A program made the translations under genes and the position numbers. 64,000 nucleotides of DNA, taken from positions 64,001 through 128,000 of the forward strand of contig CBDDDZ010000003.1 of the NCBI GenBank assembly GCA_965226795.1. Direction: 5' to 3'. Positions 19,115-28,649 of the stretch are shown here, one piece after another. The notes beneath the pieces were generated by a model that saw only the letters and a list, made by a program, of their open reading frames with translations, made no database searches and had not been told where the DNA came from. The number at the start of each line of letters is the position of its first letter. Within the stretch, counting starts at the first letter, position 1. The stretch comes from Candidatus Latescibacterota bacterium. Lineage in GTDB: Bacteria > Latescibacterota > UBA2968 > GCA-2709665.

Positions 19115-20698
19115 TTACTCCCCCGAAGGTTCGGACGGGCCCAGATCCGGATCATCGATCCGGTGGAAGCTCCTGCCCATGAGGTACTTGATCTCGAGTT
19201 CCACGTCGCGGAGATATATTTGTGCCGTAACGTCCGGGTCCCGTTCGAGCAGGAAAACCTCCAGCGTGTTGAGGCCTTCGTGCGGCCAGAGTGCGCGGTC
19301 CGGCCGGAACACGAACCAGTAGCCGGAGCCGGTCCGGTAGCGCGGGGCGCTCATCCGGTACATCTCGTTGATCCTGCGCAGTTGACCGTCCGGAAGGTCA
19401 TTGCCGTTGAGACGGAAGCGGAACCGGTCCCGTTCCGTGGTGTTCATGATCCTTACGCGCAAAACCACGTCGTACACCCGTCCGGTTTCGTGCCAGCGGG
19501 GGAGGTCGTCGCTGATCCTGAATGCCACGCGGGTCGGTTCTTCCAAGGTCAGCGCAGCGGGCAGGCGCATGGCAACGCCGGGTTCGGTGACGGGTCTGGG
19601 GTACCGGCCGGTCTCGGTGGGAACATAGTAGTGCTTGTCCCTCGGGGCCATAACGTCCGGGTGCGGCAGTTCCCGCAGCTTCTCGTAGAAGGACGCCCGG
19701 TAGGGCCAGTTGCCGAACCAGTGGGCCAGGTAGAGGCCGTCGACTCCCTGGGTCCAGTAGTTGCACGCCGCCGCCCGGATCATTTCGATGGTGGCTTCGG
19801 CCAGGCGGTCGGAATCCACGTGGCTGTGCAGAGCCGCGTGGACCCTGCAGCCGGTTCCTCTGGCCGCTTCGACGAGTGGACGGAAGCCGACGGTCGAGTC
19901 GAGAAGTTCCGGGGTGGAGAATGTCTGTCCGATGAGTACGTCCACGATTCCCCGCCGAAGCCATTCCCGCACGTCCATGCCCACCTGTAGACAACCCTCG
20001 ATGCTGGCCGGAATGCGTACGGCAAGTTCGCGTGCGCGGACGCTGTTCTTCACGGCATGGTGGACCCGACCGATCCATTCGGTCATGATCTCACAGCCTT
20101 CTTCGATCGCATCAGGGTGGAAATAATACGGCGTGTAGTTGAGTTGCAGTTCGAAGCCGTCGACGGGGTAGACGCACAGGGCTTCCTCGATAACGGCAAA
20201 CCGTTCGTCTCGCACCTCCTGGTTACTGAAGTCGAGGCAGGTGAGGCCGGGAAAATCAGCCTCGAGGTCTCCGCGGGCGCCGATTTCGAGGTGTGCGTTT
20301 TCAAACCGGAAATCGGAGCAGCGGACATCCTCGTCGGGGTCCCCGCGCCCCTGCTGAACCAGAAGGGTGGGGTAGACGAGCATGCCTTTGTCGTGAGCCC
20401 GGTCGCAGATAAGGCGGAGAGGATCGTGGCCTTCCCGGATGAGACGCAATGCATTCCGGCCAGCCCTGTCGAAGATGAGGTGGGACCATTTATTCACGTT
20501 GTGGCCCCAGATTTCGCCGACTTTCGTGTCGTGGAGGAAAGTGCGGCCGTCACCCAGACAGAACATGATTGCCTCAACGGGGGTGCCCGCCAGTTCGTCC
20601 ACGCCGGCTTCGAATTCCTCCTTCTGAATGGGGGGCTCGTACATATAGATGAGGGGATGGCGGCCGTCGTGGTAAAACATCATGTGTGGTTTTGGCAT
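19115..20698 (-). CDS. GHL10/DUF187-like protein, paralogue 3
   Basis: MFYHDGRH, YPVDGFELQL and GVDGLYL; RBS GAGGA before ATG 20698. Confidence 0.7.
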   Translation of the reverse strand: MPKPHMMFYHDGRHPLIYMYEPPIQKEEFEAGVDELAGTPVEAIMFCLGDGRTFLHDTKVGEIWGHNVNKWSHLIFDRAGRNALRLIREGHDPLRLICDRAHDKGMLVYPTLLVQQGRGDPDEDVRCSDFRFENAHLEIGARGDLEADFPGLTCLDFSNQEVRDERFAVIEEALCVYPVDGFELQLNYTPYYFHPDAIEEGCEIMTEWIGRVHHAVKNSVRARELAVRIPASIEGCLQVGMDVREWLRRGIVDVLIGQTFSTPELLDSTVGFRPLVEAARGTGCRVHAALHSHVDSDRLAEATIEMIRAAACNYWTQGVDGLYLAHWFGNWPYRASFYEKLRELPHPDVMAPRDKHYYVPTETGRYPRPVTEPGVAMRLPAALTLEEPTRVAFRISDDLPRWHETGRVYDVVLRVRIMNTTERDRFRFRLNGNDLPDGQLRRINEMYRMSAPRYRTGSGYWFVFRPDRALWPHEGLNTLEVFLLERDPDVTAQIYLRDVELEIKYLMGRSFHRIDDPDLGPSEPSGE

Positions 20699-20784
20699 CT
20701 GGCGTTCCTCAACCGGCCGGCCGGGTCCGAATGCTCCGCGGGAAGCAGAGCCGGATCTTGTGTCGGCAAGGGCTCTGTCCCGCA

Positions 20785-22941
20785 TTAGAGCCCAATCTCC
20801 TGGGTCGGCGTATCTGAGATGACGATCTCCCTGCCGTTCAACCTCAGGTGTCTCCCGCCGTGAACGAAGGCTTTCACGGGACGACCGTTCCGGTATTCGA
20901 TGGCGGCTGTATGTCCCGAGAAGGAAATGTCGTTGGCGGTGACGGTGATGCCGGGAGCGCCGTGAAACACCAGATGGTGATATTCCCCGGCGGTAACTTG
21001 CAGCGCACGAGGCAGAATGGGAGATTCGGCGCTGCCATCGACCCTACACTCGAGTGCCGTGACCGTGGCCTCAGGGCGCGCGCCTTTATATGGCATAAGG
21101 AGAACGTCGAATGGGGTGATGGGCTGCTCGACACCCCAACCTCGGAGGGCGAGGAAATAACGATCCGGCCACGGCGTGGCGGGCGGATCGCCGGAGTATA
21201 CGGGGATTTCCCGCACCATTTCTTCCAGATAGTCGATGCCATTGAACGCATATTTGAGCTGCCTGGGGTTCGCGGGCGCAACGAGGAGGCCGACGGCATC
21301 ACTCTCGGCAACGGCGGCGGTACCGTGTGTAGTGAAGGGAAAGACGCTGTGGAGATACCAGAGCGCGCTTCTCCGACGATGGGAGCACGCGACGGCGTCC
21401 GAGACGAGAAAGCCCCACGGTTTGAAAAACAGGATTCTGCGTTCGATCACGACCCCCGCGCTGGCTTCGTAGGCGCGGTGCCGGCCGGAGAAGAAATCCC
21501 AGGACGCCGTGCTGCCGAACTGAATCTGTTCGCCGCGGAATTCGGGCCGGGCGGAAGGGGCTCCTTCGATGACGACGTGGTTGTGCGCCTGTTCGGAGCG
21601 GAAATACATATCCCACGGGGCATCGTACGGCCCGAAACGGGAGACTTCGGCGACAAGGGGGATACCGTGGGCGTAGAGATTGATGTCCAGAATACCCATA
21701 TGGCTGTGGCCGCCGGGCCATTGCCCGTGGTTGACGAGCATGTAGGTGTCCTCCGGCTCCCAACCGGAGCGCATCACGCAAAATTCGCTGGAATCCAGGC
21801 ACAGGCTCTCAAATCCGGGTTTTCGGGGCTCCGGATCGATCCCGTCCAGTTTGTGGCGGATGGGCCACAGATACGCGCCGTCACCGGTGAAGGCGCTTGC
21901 CTGTTTCAGGAGTTCCGTCCCGTCCATGAAGCTGCCGTCGTTGATGCCCGGCATTTCGCCCCCTGGACCGGCCATCCTGAGGAACCAGACGTAGGCGTTC
22001 TGGGTACGCTCCCGCCAATCCAGGGTCTGGGGCGGAAGGAGCCCAGGGTTGGTCTCGGCCAGAAGGGTGGCCTCTTCCAGGTGGCGCAGGCAGCCGCTTC
22101 CGTAGGAATAGCAACGTTCGCTGTGGCCGCCGTCTGTGTAATAATCCTTCTCCATGTGCTGCTCCAGGTATTTCGCGCCGACGGTACGGAAGGCTTCGGA
22201 TTCACGGAATTCCGGAAGCAGAAAACCAACGAGGAGCAAGGCCGAGATGCCATGAACCTGCCAATTTCCGGTCCGGTAGCCTTTTGCGTTCTGTTCCAAC
22301 GTCAGCCAGCGGGCCGCCCCGAGCAGCGACTTGAAGAGCAGACGGATATGGTCGGGGGAGAGCAGGTGGCCCATATCCAGAAGTTTGACGGCGTAGAGGA
22401 AGTTCAGGAACCGACGGCTTCTCCCGGAGAGGCCAAGTTCGTAGAAAACCGGATGCATCCGACGGGCGCCTGTAATTTCGTGCCGGACCGCGTACCATTG
22501 TCGGATGATCTTCAGGTAGCTTTCGAGGTACCGCTCATCGCCCGTGTCCACGGCGGCCACGGTCAAACAATCCATCCACCCGAGATAATGGAAACCGTAT
22601 TTGGACTGATCGCCGAACCAGGCGTTGAATTCAATCGGCCGCGAGAAGTCGATTTCGACCTGGCCGAATCGCCGGCGCCCTCCGTTGAGGATGGTGTCGG
22701 CGAGATCCCGGTTGGCCGCGACTCTCGGCCTGAGTTCGTCCAGGGAACGCGCGAAGGGGTTTACCGGCTTCTTCCGGGCCAGGAAACACCGCCACCAGGC
22801 GTCGAACGCTTCGTCGTAACGGGTCGAATCCGCGGCGGACCGGACCTCGTCAAGCCCTGGGAGGTCGAGATTCAGGGCTTCGAAGAAAGAAACGTCTGTA
22901 ATGTGGACAATTCTGTCGGGGAATTCGTCGTGATGGAACAT
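20785..22941 (-). CDS. Heparinase II/III family protein (alginate-lyase-like N-terminal helical domain)
   Basis: GNWQ, DGGHSERCYSY, MRSGW, GGHSHMG and EQAHNHVVIEG; RBS GAGGGG before ATG 22941. The track ORF over-extends into the upstream gene. Confidence 0.85.
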   Translation of the reverse strand: MFHHDEFPDRIVHITDVSFFEALNLDLPGLDEVRSAADSTRYDEAFDAWWRCFLARKKPVNPFARSLDELRPRVAANRDLADTILNGGRRRFGQVEIDFSRPIEFNAWFGDQSKYGFHYLGWMDCLTVAAVDTGDERYLESYLKIIRQWYAVRHEITGARRMHPVFYELGLSGRSRRFLNFLYAVKLLDMGHLLSPDHIRLLFKSLLGAARWLTLEQNAKGYRTGNWQVHGISALLLVGFLLPEFRESEAFRTVGAKYLEQHMEKDYYTDGGHSERCYSYGSGCLRHLEEATLLAETNPGLLPPQTLDWRERTQNAYVWFLRMAGPGGEMPGINDGSFMDGTELLKQASAFTGDGAYLWPIRHKLDGIDPEPRKPGFESLCLDSSEFCVMRSGWEPEDTYMLVNHGQWPGGHSHMGILDINLYAHGIPLVAEVSRFGPYDAPWDMYFRSEQAHNHVVIEGAPSARPEFRGEQIQFGSTASWDFFSGRHRAYEASAGVVIERRILFFKPWGFLVSDAVACSHRRRSALWYLHSVFPFTTHGTAAVAESDAVGLLVAPANPRQLKYAFNGIDYLEEMVREIPVYSGDPPATPWPDRYFLALRGWGVEQPITPFDVLLMPYKGARPEATVTALECRVDGSAESPILPRALQVTAGEYHHLVFHGAPGITVTANDISFSGHTAAIEYRNGRPVKAFVHGGRHLRLNGREIVISDTPTQEIGL

Positions 22942-22997
22942 GGAGTACCCCTCGAAAGACAAGGTTTCGCCATGGGCGGGACGGACGGCCGTCGGGT

Positions 22998-23936
22998 TTA
23001 CGGTACTTCGTTTCCAGGATCGGGAACGGAAACCATCGGTTCCTCCCGCCGGCCGGTTCTCCTCAGGTCTTTGGTGATGCCGATCTGGCAGGTGACGTAC
23101 GCGCTTTCTCTTCTGAACCCCCGGGTATTCAGCTGCCCGGCGGCGTAACCCGGACGCGCGTCGCCGATGGTACCCACAATGAGGTTGGCGTGTTCCACGG
23201 TGGTCGCGTAACGGTCGGCGATGAGACCCACCATGTCGGTCCATGCGATTTTCAGCGCTTCCTCCCAGTTCGCGGCCATGCCGCTGGTGAGGATCTCCTC
23301 CGGGGTTTCCACGACCGGGCCGCCCGTGGGAAAGCCCGGCGAGCGGTCGAAGCGCAGCGTGAGCGCGGAGTCGATTTCCACGCCGGTACCGGTGAGTTCA
23401 CCGTCGCCCATGCGGGCGTGGACGTCGCCCACGTAGAAGTGACCGCCGTACCGCTGGGCACGGATATGCACGATGCTGCCGGGACAAATGGAATTGAAGT
23501 CCATGTTGCCGCCGTGGTTCCAGGGACCCGTGTCCTGGGAGACGGGCGCCAGTTGGACCACGCCGATCATCGGGCGGACAGGGACCACGAAGTCCGGCGG
23601 GAAGTGCAGGAGGCCGTCATTGACGGGAGCGACGGAACGCAGGCTGCCTCGAAACGGTCCGCCGTTGTTGTAATAGCCGTAGGGACCCACCTCAATATCG
23701 ATGACTTCAATGGAAACCCAGTCGCCGGGTTCGATACCGTCAATCAGAAACGGACCTCCCTGGCGTGAGCCGCGCGGTGTGGTGGTTTCCGGAATCACGC
23801 CCGGCTTGAGGTCGCCGTCGGCGCCGCCGGGTGTTTCGATAACGAGCGTTTCGCCGAGTTCGATCGTACCGCGAACCTGGCCTCGTTCGGAGGCTTCGGA
23901 CCCCGTCAGATAAGGTTCTCGAGTAAAACGGCGCAT
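22998..23936 (-). CDS. Acetamidase/formamidase family protein
   Basis: GPFLIDGIEPGD, PVRPMIGV, HGGNMD and GDVHARMGDGELTGTGVE. Confidence 0.92.
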   Translation of the reverse strand: MRRFTREPYLTGSEASERGQVRGTIELGETLVIETPGGADGDLKPGVIPETTTPRGSRQGGPFLIDGIEPGDWVSIEVIDIEVGPYGYYNNGGPFRGSLRSVAPVNDGLLHFPPDFVVPVRPMIGVVQLAPVSQDTGPWNHGGNMDFNSICPGSIVHIRAQRYGGHFYVGDVHARMGDGELTGTGVEIDSALTLRFDRSPGFPTGGPVVETPEEILTSGMAANWEEALKIAWTDMVGLIADRYATTVEHANLIVGTIGDARPGYAAGQLNTRGFRRESAYVTCQIGITKDLRRTGRREEPMVSVPDPGNEVP

Positions 23937-24149
23937 GAGAAATCTCCTGTTCTGGAGCGCGTTGGGGCACTTTCAACCGCCGTTCCGCACCCGCGTCCGG
24001 GTCGCCTCCCCCCGGTATCGAGTTGACCCGGATGAAACTGTGAACGCGTCGAATCCGCTTGATAAACCAATCCTGAAGAGGCATAATAGGTATTGGGAAT
24101 GGAAGCGTCAAGGTTTTGGAGCAGGGACTGCTGAATAGGAGCGGTGGAC

Positions 24150-24929
24150 ATGCGGATCGACGCACATATGCACGTCGCCGGTAATCTGGCATCCGTGGGC
24201 TGGCGGGGCAAATGGACCGACGATCGGGTGGTGATCGAGGCCGCCGATCGGCTGGAAATCGATCAGCTTTGCTGTTCGATACCGATTCAGGGGCTGGAAA
24301 CCCGCCGCCCTGACGGAATGCGCGAGGTGAACGATAGCGTCCTGTACGCCATGCGGCGGTTTCCCGGGCGCATTCTGGGATATGTGTTTCTGGATCCCCG
24401 GTTTCAACGCGAGGCGCGAGATGAAATCGACCGGTGTATTCTGAAACACGGAATGATGGGCGTAAAGCTCTATAATCAATGCAAGTGCTGGGATCCCATG
24501 GTGTTGCCGATCGTGGAGCGGTGCATCGATCTGGGAGTGCCGATTCTGCACCACGGGGGAAAGCAGATGCCGGTGTCCGGCAGGCCATGGCAGACGTATC
24601 GCTCGGACAGCGGGGATTTTGCGCGGCTCGCGCGACTGTATCCGGAAGCCATCATTATAGAGGGGCATCCGATCGTCGGAGACTGGGAGTGGGCGATCAA
24701 AACCCTGCGCGAGGTATCGAATGTCTACGTGGATACGAGCGGGAGCCTGAACGACGACGGTTTCATTGAGATGGCGGTGCGCCAACTGGGAGCGGAGCGC
24801 GTGCTGTTTGCAACGGATGTGTCAATGGAGGCCGGGGTGGGCAAGATGCTGGGAGCCGAGATTAAGGCGCGGCAGCGAACGCGGATTTTCGGGGAAAATA
24901 TGAAACGAATTATGCAACAGCGAGTGTAA
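24150..24929 (+). CDS. Amidohydrolase family 2 (TIM-barrel metal-dependent hydrolase)
   Basis: IDAHMH, GVKL, PILHH, NVYVDTSG and RVLFATD. Confidence 0.9.
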   Translation: MRIDAHMHVAGNLASVGWRGKWTDDRVVIEAADRLEIDQLCCSIPIQGLETRRPDGMREVNDSVLYAMRRFPGRILGYVFLDPRFQREARDEIDRCILKHGMMGVKLYNQCKCWDPMVLPIVERCIDLGVPILHHGGKQMPVSGRPWQTYRSDSGDFARLARLYPEAIIIEGHPIVGDWEWAIKTLREVSNVYVDTSGSLNDDGFIEMAVRQLGAERVLFATDVSMEAGVGKMLGAEIKARQRTRIFGENMKRIMQQRV

Positions 24930-24947
24930 CTGATGCGCAGGTAGCGC

Positions 24948-24975
24948 TTGACGGTATGTCATTTTTGTTTATATT
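24948..24975 (+). promoter_or_regulatory. Putative sigma70 promoter of the radical SAM gene
   Basis: TTGACG-N16-TATATT in an AT-rich intergenic tract. Confidence 0.5.
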
Positions 24976-25052
24976 ATTTTTGCCTCACTCCTGAAAAATC
25001 TCATTAATTCATTGTTCCGCCGTAAGCTTACGTTACACAATGCGGCAACCGC

Positions 25053-25082
25053 GTCGTTGTGGCATATGTCGTTGTGGCATAT
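25053..25082. repeat. Perfect 15-bp tandem duplication
   Basis: gtcgttgtggcatat twice, 17 bp upstream of the ATG at 25100. Confidence 0.9.
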
Positions 25083-25099
25083 AATGAAGGGATCTGCAG

Positions 25100-27037
25100 A
25101 TGAGTTTTCGTGACCGCGTCGTTTCAGGGGCTGCCAACGTCGCCTGGAATGTCTTCCAGAGCGTGAATACAAGCCTCCCCGAGGGTCAGCCATTCCAACC
25201 TGCCTGGGCTTCGGCGCCCCTGTTGAAAAGTTATCAGCGATCGATGCCGACACTGGGTTTTCCACGCGAAACCGATTCGCTATGCCCGGATTGCGTGAAG
25301 GAGGTCCGGACCGCCATCATTGAAGGCAGGCGGGACATCGGAGAACTGGTACACGGCAATCCCGGAGAGATCAGGGCACAGATCCTCGAGGAAAACGGAT
25401 GTATTCTGATGCGCAAGACGTGCTCGATCCACGGGCCGTATGAAGACGTATTGTCAATCGATCCGGAGTTTACGCGCCTTATCGAGGGGCGTTTTCCCGG
25501 GCGCGATTACAACACCTGGGGAGACGCGCACGTGCACCGGCACGGTACATCCAGCATCAAGTACGGGCGTGGAGCCGTGCTCACGATCGACCTGACCAAC
25601 CGCTGCAATATGATGTGCAATCCCTGTTTCATGGATGCGAACCAGGTGGGATATGTCCACGAACTGACAATGGACGACGTGAAACGGATCCTGGACGCAT
25701 CGATCTCCTTCAAACCACGCCGGCAGATGTCGGTACAGTTCTCTGGCGGAGAACCCACGATTTCGCCGCATTTTCTGGATGCGTGCCGGTATGCCAAAAA
25801 GGTCGGCTATTGGTGCGTACAGGCCGCGACCAACGGACTCCGCTTCGCCGAAGAACCGGATTTCGCGTTCGAGGCGAAGGCCGCCGGTTTCGACATGGCG
25901 TATTTGCAGTTCGACGGCGTAACCAATGCGGCCAACCAGCATCGGCACATTTCCAATCTGTTCGACGCCAAGCTGCTGGCAATGGAGAACCTTTCCCGCG
26001 CCGGAATCGATATCACGCCCGTCACGACGGTTTTAAACACCATCAACAACGACCAGGTAGGGCCAATTCTCCAATTCTGCATCGACAACAGCGACAAGGT
26101 CGGTTCAATTTCCTTCCAGCCCGTGTCGTTCACCGGGCGGGACGAGGATATTTCCGACGAGATGCGCCACAGGCAGCGCTACACCATTTCCCACCTCGCT
26201 CACGATCTGCAGACGTGGTCAGGGGGGAAAATCGACGTCCACCGGGATTGGTACCCGCTGGGAGCGGGGACGCTGTTTACCACGCTTGCCGACCACTTGC
26301 GGGGGCAGGACGCCGAATTCGGTGGTCAGACCTGCTCCTGTCACCCCAACTGTGGTTCCGCAGCCCATATTATCGTGAACGAGAAGACCAGGCAGTGGGC
26401 TCCCATCACCGAGTTCTTCAACCAGGAACAGTTTATGAAGGACATCGAAGTGATGACCGATACCGCGCGGGACCCCAAATGGATCAAGTTCCAGGTCGGC
26501 ATGTCGCTGCTTCGGAATTTCAACGACAGGAAGGCGCCGGCCGGGTTTGGCCTTCAGGATCTTGCGCGGATTCTGGACCGCAGGGTGGGGGGTTCCATCA
26601 GCGGCGGTCCGAGGCCCGCCGACAGGCAGTGGCGCATTATGTGGGTAGGCGGAATGTGGTTCCAGGATCTGTGGACCTACGATTTCCGCCGAACGGAAAT
26701 GTGCGTGATCCCGTACGGCACCCAGGAAGGCGAGATCTCATTCTGCGCGTATAACACGGGTATCGGCTGGCGTCAGATTATAGAGAATATGCATATGACC
26801 GCCTCAACGGCCGATTGGTTCAAAACCAGAGGCCGGCACCCCATCTACGCGGGCAACCGCGACATGCCGCTGCCGGAGACGGACCATACGCTGCGAGTCC
26901 GGGAGACGGAAACCGGCGAACTCGAGCTTCCGGTCATAAACGACAGCCACGAGGGCAATGGATGCTGCGGTTCCGAAGAGGACACCATTCGAAAGATCGT
27001 TGCCGCACCCGAAGCGCGGGAGCCGGTGGCCTCCTGA
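25100..27037 (+). CDS. Radical SAM enzyme, Tes/GDGT-MAS (MJ0619-like) tetraether lipid synthase homologue
   Basis: TDSLCPDC...KTCSIHG, DLTNRCNMMCNPCF, QFSGGEPT, YLQFDG, FQPVSFTGR, CHPNCG and MWFQD...CVIPY...ISFCAYN. Confidence 0.85.
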   Translation: MSFRDRVVSGAANVAWNVFQSVNTSLPEGQPFQPAWASAPLLKSYQRSMPTLGFPRETDSLCPDCVKEVRTAIIEGRRDIGELVHGNPGEIRAQILEENGCILMRKTCSIHGPYEDVLSIDPEFTRLIEGRFPGRDYNTWGDAHVHRHGTSSIKYGRGAVLTIDLTNRCNMMCNPCFMDANQVGYVHELTMDDVKRILDASISFKPRRQMSVQFSGGEPTISPHFLDACRYAKKVGYWCVQAATNGLRFAEEPDFAFEAKAAGFDMAYLQFDGVTNAANQHRHISNLFDAKLLAMENLSRAGIDITPVTTVLNTINNDQVGPILQFCIDNSDKVGSISFQPVSFTGRDEDISDEMRHRQRYTISHLAHDLQTWSGGKIDVHRDWYPLGAGTLFTTLADHLRGQDAEFGGQTCSCHPNCGSAAHIIVNEKTRQWAPITEFFNQEQFMKDIEVMTDTARDPKWIKFQVGMSLLRNFNDRKAPAGFGLQDLARILDRRVGGSISGGPRPADRQWRIMWVGGMWFQDLWTYDFRRTEMCVIPYGTQEGEISFCAYNTGIGWRQIIENMHMTASTADWFKTRGRHPIYAGNRDMPLPETDHTLRVRETETGELELPVINDSHEGNGCCGSEEDTIRKIVAAPEAREPVAS

Positions 27038-27063
27038 CGGTACCGCGCACCGATGTCGAACCG

Positions 27064-27093
27064 ATCCGGGCAGGAGTTGTGTCCGGATTTTTT
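27064..27093 (+). terminator. Intrinsic terminator
   Basis: atccgggca-loop-tgtccggat followed by a T-run. Confidence 0.65.
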
Positions 27094-27207
27094 GTAGGGC
27101 CAGCGTCAATTCGCGTCGTGAACAGGGCCGTACATCTCACCACGGTAAGTTTCGGATTCGGGAGAACATGTTCTTCACTGCGCCACACCGGAGTTGCGGC
27201 AAACGGA

Positions 27208-27236
27208 TTGACAATTCCGCTGCATTTATGTATCAT
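27208..27236 (+). promoter_or_regulatory. Sigma70 promoter of tig-clpP-clpX
   Basis: TTGACA-N17-TATCAT. Confidence 0.75.
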
Positions 27237-27301
27237 TTGCGCTTGGATCGTTCAGAGAGTTACTTTGAAAACATCGACGCATTGGAAGGATGCCGAACGC
27301 C

Positions 27302-28609
27302 ATGAAGGTAACCGTTTCAGAGTCGGATACGTGGCGCAGGACCCTCGAGGTCGAGGTACCCGGCGAAGATGTGCGCGCACGAATCGAGACTGCCTATAAG
27401 AATTACGGTAAATCGTTGAATTTACCCGGTTTTCGCAAAGGAAAAATCCCTGTGAATCTGATCAAAAAGCGGTTTGGCAAGATAATTCAGGGCGAGGTTC
27501 TGCAGGAGGTGATGCAGGAGTACTACCGGGAGGCCAGCAACGCCGAGGGGTTGACGCCGATCGCGGAAGCCGCCATCGAAGACGTCAGCTACGAGGAAGG
27601 GCAGCCGCTCAAGTTCACGGCTTCCGTGGATATAAAGCCGGAGATCGTCGTGCAGGACTACAAGGGCCTGAAAACCACTCGCCCCTTATTCGAAGTCGCC
27701 GACGCCGATGTCGAAGAGCAACTCCAGCGTGTGCGGGAACAGAACGCCACGGAACAGGAGGTCGACCGGCCCGCCGGATTGGGCGATGTTGTCGTTGCGG
27801 ATCTTCAGGAACTGGATGAGAGCGGTCTTCCCATTATCGGTCGCAAACAGGAAGAACGCCCGTTTCATATTGGCGGGAGGAATGCCAATCACGACCTGGA
27901 CAACCAGCTGGTGGGCATTTCCACGGGAGAAACACGGCAGATTCGGCTGACTCATACGGAGGAAGTCGAACACGAAGCCCACGCTCACGGTTCACATCAC
28001 CCGGAGGGCCGGGAAATTCGCATGATGTTTTCCGCCAGGGAGGTCCGGGAACGCAGTCTGCCGGAATTGGACGACGAATTCGCCGGGGGCCAGGGTCAGT
28101 TCTCGTCGCTGGACGAACTCAAGGCACAGATCCGGACGGATCTCCAGGCGCAGGCCGATTTCGCCTCCCGGCGCTACCTTGAAGGCCATATTGTAGACGA
28201 ACTCATTCGAAAGAACGCGTTCGATCTCCCTGAAATCATGGTTGAAAACGGTCTGGACACGGTGCTGGAAAACCACAAGAAGGAACACGAAGGACACGAT
28301 CACGACATCGATGAAGAGGCGATTCGCCGGGAAAGCCGGGAGGGCACCATTCGCGGGTTGAAGCGTCATCTACTATTGGAGGCGATTCAGAAGCAGGAAG
28401 ACCTCGTGGTGGAAGAGGCGGAGGTGGACCGTCACCTCGACGGGATGGCGCGTCGTTACAATACGGAACGCGAGCAACTCCGCCAGATACTGAATCGGTC
28501 GGATCAGATCGAAAAGATCGAGTCGAACCTGCTGACGGAAAAGACGTTCGATTTCCTGATTCAACATGCGGAAATTGAAGACGTGGAGGCAAAGCCGGAT
28601 GGCCCCTGA
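27302..28609 (+). CDS. tig: Trigger factor
   Basis: LPGFRKGKIP ribosome-binding motif, LPELDDEFA; lies upstream of clpP-clpX. Confidence 0.97.
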   Translation: MKVTVSESDTWRRTLEVEVPGEDVRARIETAYKNYGKSLNLPGFRKGKIPVNLIKKRFGKIIQGEVLQEVMQEYYREASNAEGLTPIAEAAIEDVSYEEGQPLKFTASVDIKPEIVVQDYKGLKTTRPLFEVADADVEEQLQRVREQNATEQEVDRPAGLGDVVVADLQELDESGLPIIGRKQEERPFHIGGRNANHDLDNQLVGISTGETRQIRLTHTEEVEHEAHAHGSHHPEGREIRMMFSAREVRERSLPELDDEFAGGQGQFSSLDELKAQIRTDLQAQADFASRRYLEGHIVDELIRKNAFDLPEIMVENGLDTVLENHKKEHEGHDHDIDEEAIRRESREGTIRGLKRHLLLEAIQKQEDLVVEEAEVDRHLDGMARRYNTEREQLRQILNRSDQIEKIESNLLTEKTFDFLIQHAEIEDVEAKPDGP

Positions 28610-28649
28610 TTTGGATGCGGGATCGGAAAGTGAGGGAGAATAGAAGCTT

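Noticed and set aside
20848..23148. 766-aa + strand ORF, and many similar long antisense ORFs (e.g. 47159-48373, 18033-19055, 49246-50301)
   Set aside because: Antisense shadows of well-supported genes in GC-rich DNA; no recognisable motifs.
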